A stretch of DNA of 64,000 nt, from contig CAVTDB010000026.1 of assembly GCA_963733375.1 (NCBI GenBank), forward strand, positions 433,119 to 497,118, given 5' to 3'. Shown here one piece after another: positions 57,025 through 64,000 of the stretch (the first letter of the stretch is position 1; each line of letters opens with the position of its first letter). Source of the stretch: Nitrospirota bacterium (GTDB lineage Bacteria > Nitrospirota > JACRHJ01). Made by a program: the position numbers and the translations under genes. The notes beneath the pieces are model-generated. The model saw only the letters and a program-made list of their open reading frames with translations. It was not told the origin of the DNA and did no database searches.

Positions 57025-60000
57025 ATGAAAACTCGACGAGTTCGAAGTAATTCCGGAACAACCCTTATAGAGTTGATGGTTGCCCTTGCAATCACCGTAA
57101 TCATTGTCGCGGGGGCGTACGAGGCATTCGTAAACCTTCATAACTGGTGGATTTCCCAGGGAATAAGATCCGAAATGGGGCAAAACGCGAGGGCCGCGCT
57201 GAACGTTTTGACCCAGGACATAGAAGCGGCCGGCAGCAAGACGTCGGGATATGGAGACACCCAAAAGGACAACCTTGCCATAACCAACGCCAGCCCTCAC
57301 GAGATAGAGTTGGACGAGTATAAATATTACCCTGTAAAAACCCCTTCCGGCAGTACTCCGGGGTATCAGCATACGATGGTTTATTATCATGTCGCCACCG
57401 ACCCGAACACAGGCATGACCAACCTCTACAGGCAACTCAGGACAACCCCCGATATACCGCAGCCGGACCAGTTGGTTGCGGAGAATATATCAAACGTCTC
57501 ATTCAGATACTATGACCAGAACAACACCCAGCTCACCGGGATGGTCACGTATACCAACACAGGCTCGGCGCCGGACACGAAATTGGGGCAAATCAGGAGG
57601 ATATGGGTATCCGTGACCGCGGCGGCGTCCAGGACAGACCCGGCACGTAATAACAGTGCCTTCCAGCGCATCACCTTAAGCGCCAGCGTGATCGCAAAAA
57701 ACTTGTACTCTCAGGAGGTCCTGGGAAGCCCTAACCCCCCGGCGGTACCGACCGGGCTTAACGTCGTCGATACCGGAAGCTGTACCAGGAAGCTCTCGGT
57801 AAAATGGACAGCGAACACCGACCAGGACCTTGCAGGCTATACGCTGTATTACGGGATGGGCGGGAGCATGCAAGTGCCGGTCCAATCTCTTTCGGACCCG
57901 ACCCATCCGCAGGTATATCTTAACGCGGACGAAGTCCTGATAACGAAGAGCAACGCGGCCTCCCCCAACAGGTACAGCATTACGATAGACGCATACTCGT
58001 CCGACGGTCTCCACAGTGCGCCGTCCGCCCCCGTGAGCGAAAACCCCTCGCCCAGCGTCAGTACATTCGGCGGCGGGAACGACACCACGGTCAACCCGGT
58101 AAAGCCGTCTCCGCCCACCAGCCTGGTTATCGCTCCGACCGGGAACAACAAGCTTGTCCTGACATGGCATGTACCCGCCGATGGTTCCGCAACCGCCGGT
58201 TACAGGCTTTTCAGGAATGCGTCTTCCTTCAACCTCAACACCAACATAAGCTCCAAACTCATAGCCGACGAGAACAAGCTTGGGCCGAACACAACAACCT
58301 TCACGGATACAGGGGTCTGACATTGTTATCCCGGACGCCCCGTCCCAGCTTACCGGCTGCAAAACTTATTATTACGCGCTCTGCTCAGTGAACTGCGACG
58401 ATTCGCTCGTGCCCTATTACCTCTACAAGACAACGGGGTCGGACTTTGCCGCAGGCAGCGGCGTCCCCGCCGATAATGTACCCACTTCCCCCCCCGACAT
58501 CCACAGCGGCACAAAGCCCGGCTGGCAGAGGATATTCATAACTCTCACGAACCCCTACAGGAGCTCTACCTTCGGGGGGGTAACCGCGTATCCCGATTTC
58601 GACCATACATGCGTCTATTTCAGTAAAACAGGCTACCCCGTACTCCAGTCTAACGGTACTGTCATCGGGGGTACTCTGATACCGGAAAGCGACTGCGGGA
58701 CGCCGGGGTGGTTCAAAAAAGATGGGACGCAGCAGATACTGTTCGACCACGAGTCCTCTTCGTCACCGCCTCCCCCCTCGCTTACTAACAATTTAACGTA
58801 TTACCTCCTGGCCGTAAGCTACGACAAGTGCGAAAACGCGAGTGCGGACCAGAACGTCTCCCAGACGCTCACGGCGCTCTGCGGCGACGACCCCGATTTC
58901 CCGGGCGCGCCGCCCCCGTATAACACGTATACCCTGAGTAATTACGGGCCGAAATACTACCCCGGGGACAGCTACAGCGCGGATGTGGCCTCGATACTGC
59001 CGAACGGCGCGAAAGGGGCGGTCACTATCTGCGGCGACAACGTCCTGCTCAACTGGAACTATCCCTGGGCCAACGGCGATGCCGGTCACCCTGTTATCAT
59101 CGATTTCGCGGGGTTCCATATATACAGGGGCTCGACGGCTGGAGACACCTCCTATGAATTGACCAACGGAATACCGCAGTGGGATGCCACCCGGACCGAC
59201 ACCGGCCTCCAGGACGGTTCGACATACTGGTACACCATCAAGACCGCGGATTGCGCTTATGAAAACACTCCGCCCGGCAACCCCAATTACACGGCTTTAA
59301 GGACGTACGACATATCCGACGGGGTCAATATAGGCCCGGTCACGCCCGGCCAGCTCATATTGTACCCGGGCAACCAGTTGAACCCGCTCGATCCGAAAAA
59401 CTTCGTAACGACCACCTCCGACAACCTGAACCCTGCGGACCCGTCAACGTTTACGTATCATAATAACGTGACGTTCTATATCCAGAACACGTCCGCCGGT
59501 TCCCTTACCATCAGAGGGGTCACGGCGTCCTGGGGTAATCCGAACGTAGTGCTTGACAAAATCACGATAGGCCCCGGCCCGCTCACATCGCTCGTCATGA
59601 AAACGGCGGGGGACGCGACCTCCGGCAAGTACGTCCCGGTTAATGTTGACGTGATGGATGCCGCCACGGGGCCTACCGCCCCATCGGCGCTCATACCCGT
59701 TACCCTTCGTTTCGTGAACCAGGACGGCAGCATAAACGGATATACGGATATGAGGGGGGACAACATAGAACTTGACCTGGACGTCCAGAACGACAACTCG
59801 AACATAAATGCCTGCGCCCCAATGATTATAAACTTCAACGTCCCGGCCGGGCCGTCGGCGGGCATTTTATTCCAAAGCAGTCCCGGCCTTCACGGCTCGA
59901 ACTCATACCGGTCACGGGCCCGTCAGGCACCGCCAGCGACGTTGACATGCAGACGGTCGGCGGCCCCGGCTCCGCCATGACGATATCCGGCGCTATATTC

Positions 60001-61365
60001 GATAATTCCGGCGCCCTCTTTGCAAGCGGCGTAAACCAGGGGTTCAATTACATCAAAATGTACTATACCTTTGCGCCCCCGACTCCTGACGGCCAAACTC
60101 CCCAGATACCCCCCGGTCCATATTCGGTGATACCGCTTAATAATATAGGCGGAAACTACTATAGCTGTGTGACGCCTGACTTGCCGATAAATAAAGTTAT
60201 GTGGTATTTCCTCGTAGCCCAGGACAAAACCGGGAATTTCGACAGGAGTCCGCAAGCCAAGAACGGCAGTTACGCTTTTTATCTGCTTGCACCGTATGAC
60301 CCATGCGATCCGAATGCAATTCCCCCGGCGCCCGTCCTCAGCGGCTCGGTAATGGGCGGCACCGCCGTTAAACTGACATGGACCATGACAGGCAATTACA
60401 CGGACGGCGTCCCTGTCCCCGCGACGGACCCGCTGACGTATACGGTGTACCGCGAGACCATGCAGAACCCCACCTGGACGGCAATCGCGAGCGGACTCAG
60501 CTTTGCCGCACGTACACGGACAATTCCATTGCCTCAACAATAAACGCGTCTGACTATATCTATAAGGTGGTCGCTTTTAATGCCTGTTCCACCGGGGCGC
60601 ATATAAGCGCGGATTCCAACTATTACCGGGAATGCCAGGGCAGTCTTGCCAACGATTGCACCGGCTTCTTCAGAGTCTCCGACACCACCAACCCCAGCCT
60701 GCCGGGCGGCTATTCGATTGTAGGCGACACGGAAACCGTTTCCCTGAGTTCCGTATGCACGGACGTCGGCAACTATGCCAGAGACACCCAGTATTTCAGG
60801 GTAAAGACGGGTTCGGAGCAGCATGGACATCCCGGTGCTCGAACAGTGGCCGAGCGACTCCGGCAACTTCGTGGGGACCTTCACTACATCGCTCACGGCC
60901 GCGACCAACCCTATAGGGAGCCCGCCGGTGCTGAAGATAGCCGCGAACAGCGTCGTCACGGTCTCCGTCCTGCCAAGTTACGGCAGTGCGACGGAATACT
61001 GCCCGACCGTGCTGTCTTTCGGATGCGACGACGGCACGCCGAATGCGCCGTCCAACTTTACCGCGGCCACCATCAGCGGCCAGAATACACAGTTGAAACT
61101 TAACTGGTCGGTCCCGACGCTGAACACCAACGGGAGCTCGATTGTCAACCTTGCCGGATATGAGATAGATTACAGCACCAGTTCGAGTTTCAGCTCCTTC
61201 ACGGCAGTGAACATCAACAACCCTGCGACAACGACGTACACTCTAACTGGCCTTGTTCATAAGACGAAATACTATTTGAGGATCAGGGCGTTCGACAGCT
61301 GCGCAACTGTAACCTACAGCGCTTATCAGGCGTCAACCCCGACGAGCATAACCACGCCGAATTAG
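57025..61365 (+). CDS. Giant PilW-like minor pilin with about six fibronectin-III-like domains (~1,440 aa after repairing four frameshifts)
   Basis: SG|TTLIELMVAL, QNARAALNVLTQDIEAAG; joins at ~58314, ~59907, ~60503, ~60817, two of them inside Fn3 domains. Confidence 0.75.
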
Positions 61366-61373
61366 GCGGAAAG

Positions 61374-63194
61374 ATGACTGTCATGAAACACAGGGGCACA
61401 GCGGCTATAAAAAACGAAAGAGGGACAGCGCTCGTGATAACGCTCCTTCTATTGCTGCTCGTCACCGCGCTTGGCCTCGCCGCTGTCATGATGGGCATCA
61501 CGGACGTGGCGGTTTCGGGCAGCTATTACAAGCAGAAGCAGGCCGAATTGACGACCGACGGGGGCGTCGAACTCGCCGAGTCGATGATATTCGCCAATAC
61601 GACGAGTTTTTTGCCGGGCACACCCAAAACAGGTTTTCTGCCGGTAGCCATCCTGAGCAACTGGAGCACCTTCCACCGGCCAATCAAATATACCGACAAC
61701 GACATTAATGTACAATATACAATCAAATATAAACGGCAGGACAACGTTAACTACTATACTGGAACAACCCCCCATTCGGATCCCTGGGTGCGTTACGGAG
61801 CGGACTATCAGTATGCGTCGGCCCCCAAGGCTGTAGGGACCCAGGCGGTCTATACGGTGACTGTTACCGACAATAAGACCGGCGCCCAGTCGACGGCCGA
61901 CCTGGTTACGGCGCCCGGCTTCGTCCAAGCCGGGGCGGTGTTCGTCATGGGCAACGTTTACGCCATGAAGTTCGGCCTCGCCACGGACGAGAGGATCGAG
62001 CTCGTGTCCACCACCCCCTCGCTGCCTGCCATAACGGTATGTTCCGGCTCGACCGTCTATATACAGAACATTACGTCGAAGACCACGTACAATGATTCTC
62101 CATGCTCCGGAACGCCTTCCCGCGGCAACGACAACAGGCAGTATACGATGAATGCCCCCCCTGCAGCCTCCGGCTTTAGCGAGACCACGGACTACGGTTA
62201 CGCCGCGTCGCAGGTAATAGGAACCGACGGTAAGGACTATGTCTGCAAAAGTGGCGCCAATGCGAGTTCACACAAACCGATTACCGGATCGATCGTGGTC
62301 GAACTACTGGACGGCGGTTACGGACCCCACCCGCATGAACGGTTATTTAAGTACCATAACCAACCGGGCAATGTACATGAGCACGACATTTCAACCCGGC
62401 GAAAGCTACATCGGCCTAAGCAACAGCGCCACCACGGATTACGGGTATATGGCCGCCGACGTATACACGGCCGCGGAAATTGCGGCAGAGCCGAACCCGG
62501 CAATCCAGCATGACATGTATTTCATCCTCACCCAGAGCGGCACGGACTTCAACCCGGCCCACACGAACGTCATAAATACCAGCTATACGATACCAACCAG
62601 CAGGGATATCACGAACATGATCGGCTGTTCCTTTTCCAATTACAGCGCCGTGGCCGACGTGGTCATCCCGAATGCGACTTACACAGTGCAAAACGGCGTG
62701 ACAGTGCCGGACGACTACGGCAACACGACGACTGCGAACAACGTATTCGACGGGAGCAATAAAACCTTTGGGAGCATGGCTAATTCGCAGACAATTTATT
62801 TCAAAAGCAATATGAATGCCGCCGGCGCCTATATCCCCGGCGCAAGCCGGATAGTACTGGAATCTTCCGCCAATACACAGATGAACGGCACTGGCATCCT
62901 GGTAATCAACGGCGACGCCGAGATAATAGGCAGCATCAACTGGACTGGCGTGATGATAGTGCGCGGAAACCTGGCTTTCCGGCCCTGGCAGGGCGGTGAC
63001 TGGTGTAATCAAAGCGGCCCGAACCTGAGCAGCAAATGGGATGGCCTCATCGTGGTAGGCGGCGACTTAAATTGCTGACACTTGCCGGCGGGTCGATATT
63101 TCTGGGACAATATACCGACTTGGGCACAATAAGTACCTTGCTTAGAAAAGGAATACCGCAGAAGATCCTGGGGTGGCAGCGGACCTACAAATAG
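61374..63194 (+). CDS. Large PilX-like minor pilin (~600 aa after repairing frameshifts at ~62292 and ~63070)
   Basis: ERG|TALVITLLLL with no Glu+5; QA..TTDGGVE; GTGILVINGD..I.G.I.W.G; C-terminal ILGWQR. Confidence 0.8.
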
Positions 63195-63220
63195 GGGCCC
63201 GGTTTACGTGTCGGCGTATT

Positions 63221-63254
63221 CAAAGCCCATCACTGGAAACGGAGATGGGCTTTG
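63221..63254 (+). terminator. 11-bp inverted repeat closing the pilin operon
   Basis: CAAAGCCCATC-N12-GATGGGCTTTG; weak U-tract. Confidence 0.5.
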
Positions 63255-63311
63255 GTTATGGAAGGAAAGGAGGGTTGAGACATTAACAAAGTTTTCATCG
63301 TTATTATTCTT

Positions 63312-64000
63312 ATGCTGGCATTAGTCAATGCGGGTTGCGCCAATAAAACCGCTAATTTTGGGGATAAGCTTATAGATGCAGCCTATGACGGCGATGTGAA
63401 CGCCGTCCTGGCCTTGCTCAACAAAGGCGCGAATATAGAAGCGACGGAGAAGAGTAATGGCTGTACGGCGCTGATAAAGGCGGCTGAAGGCAATGCTGAC
63501 GTAGTAAAACTACTGATTGACAAGGGCGCTAATGTAGATGCGATGGACAATCATGGCGTTACGGCACTAATGATGGCGGTTGCAAGCTGCAATCCGGACG
63601 TAGTAAAGCTGTTAGTCAACAAACAAATTTCAATAGCGTTGGTAAAGACAGCTGAAAAAGGGTATGCTGGACGAAGTAAAGCTGCTACTCGACAAGGGCG
63701 CGGACGTGAATGTAAGGGGCACCAACGGCTGGACGGCTCTAATGATGGCGGCTCATAATGGCGACACGGCTGTAATAAAGCTGCTGCTCGACAGGGGCGC
63801 GAATATAGTAAGGAAAAGCAATGGTGACTGGACGGCGTTGATGGAGGCGGCTTCCTGCGGCAAAAAGGACTCAGTAGAGCTCTTGATCAGCAGGGGCGCT
63901 AATATAGAAGCGAAGGACAGTTACGGCTATACGGCGTTGATGCGCGCTGATGAGGAAAGACACAGTGATATTGTGCAAATGCTCAAGGCGTCGGGGGCGA
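63312..64000 (+). CDS. Ankyrin-repeat protein, possibly a lipoprotein (start uncertain, frameshift ~63672, runs off the window)
   Basis: NAGC lipobox-like motif; repeated G.TALM.A...VV.LL..GA. Confidence 0.85.

Noticed and set aside
58318-58320. TGA read-through or selenocysteine in the giant pilin
   Set aside because: The protein continues in a different frame; removing one G from GGGG (58312-58315) joins DTG to SDIVIP.
56048-63194. Diversity-generating retroelement or invertible cassette acting on the pilins
   Set aside because: No reverse transcriptase or recombinase, and no long template/variable repeat pair was seen by eye.

Overview
Core-chromosome segment of a GC-rich diderm bacterium. 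The gene order resembles Nitrospirota/Desulfobacterota, which is an inference. From 1 to 55.7 kb it is mostly minus-strand housekeeping operons: ccsA/resB-copA; miaA-hfq-NUDIX-mtnP-pfkB-TPR pilotin-rodZ; rimP-nusA-ylxR/L7Ae-infB-DUF503-rbfA-DHH-truB-rpsO-pnp-M16-dut-mutL; TPR-roadblock-aroQ-pepP-efp-accB-accC-thiE; yicC-gmk-rpoZ-coaBC-metK-ahcY; and CBS-tsaE-nadK-udg-HIT-mutS. Single-base frameshifts break many genes, including essential ones, and are best read as long-read consensus errors, so split ORFs are rejoined here. There are two accessory areas. (i) 48.2-50.0 kb is a decayed island with a PilZ gene, a truncated secreted-protein start, a RAYT-like transposase remnant with a hairpin, a small AT-rich membrane gene and an RHS-core remnant overlapping the 3' end of mutS. 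(ii) 56.0-63.2 kb is a type IV minor-pilin operon (fimT/U-pilV-pilW-pilX) with no pilY1 or pilE. Its PilW is a ~1,440-aa protein with about six mostly Cys-capped fibronectin-III-like domains, and its PilX is ~600 aa. This is the best candidate for an undescribed system. Also seen are a dispersed CCCTCTCCC-N5-GGGAGAGGG palindrome family sitting inside mutL and udg, an unannotated 33-aa hydrophobic ORF with its own promoter and RBS, an Hfq with a degenerate distal face, and a Cys-rich/nuclease/NTPase gene trio. No rRNA, tRNA or CRISPR array was recognised.
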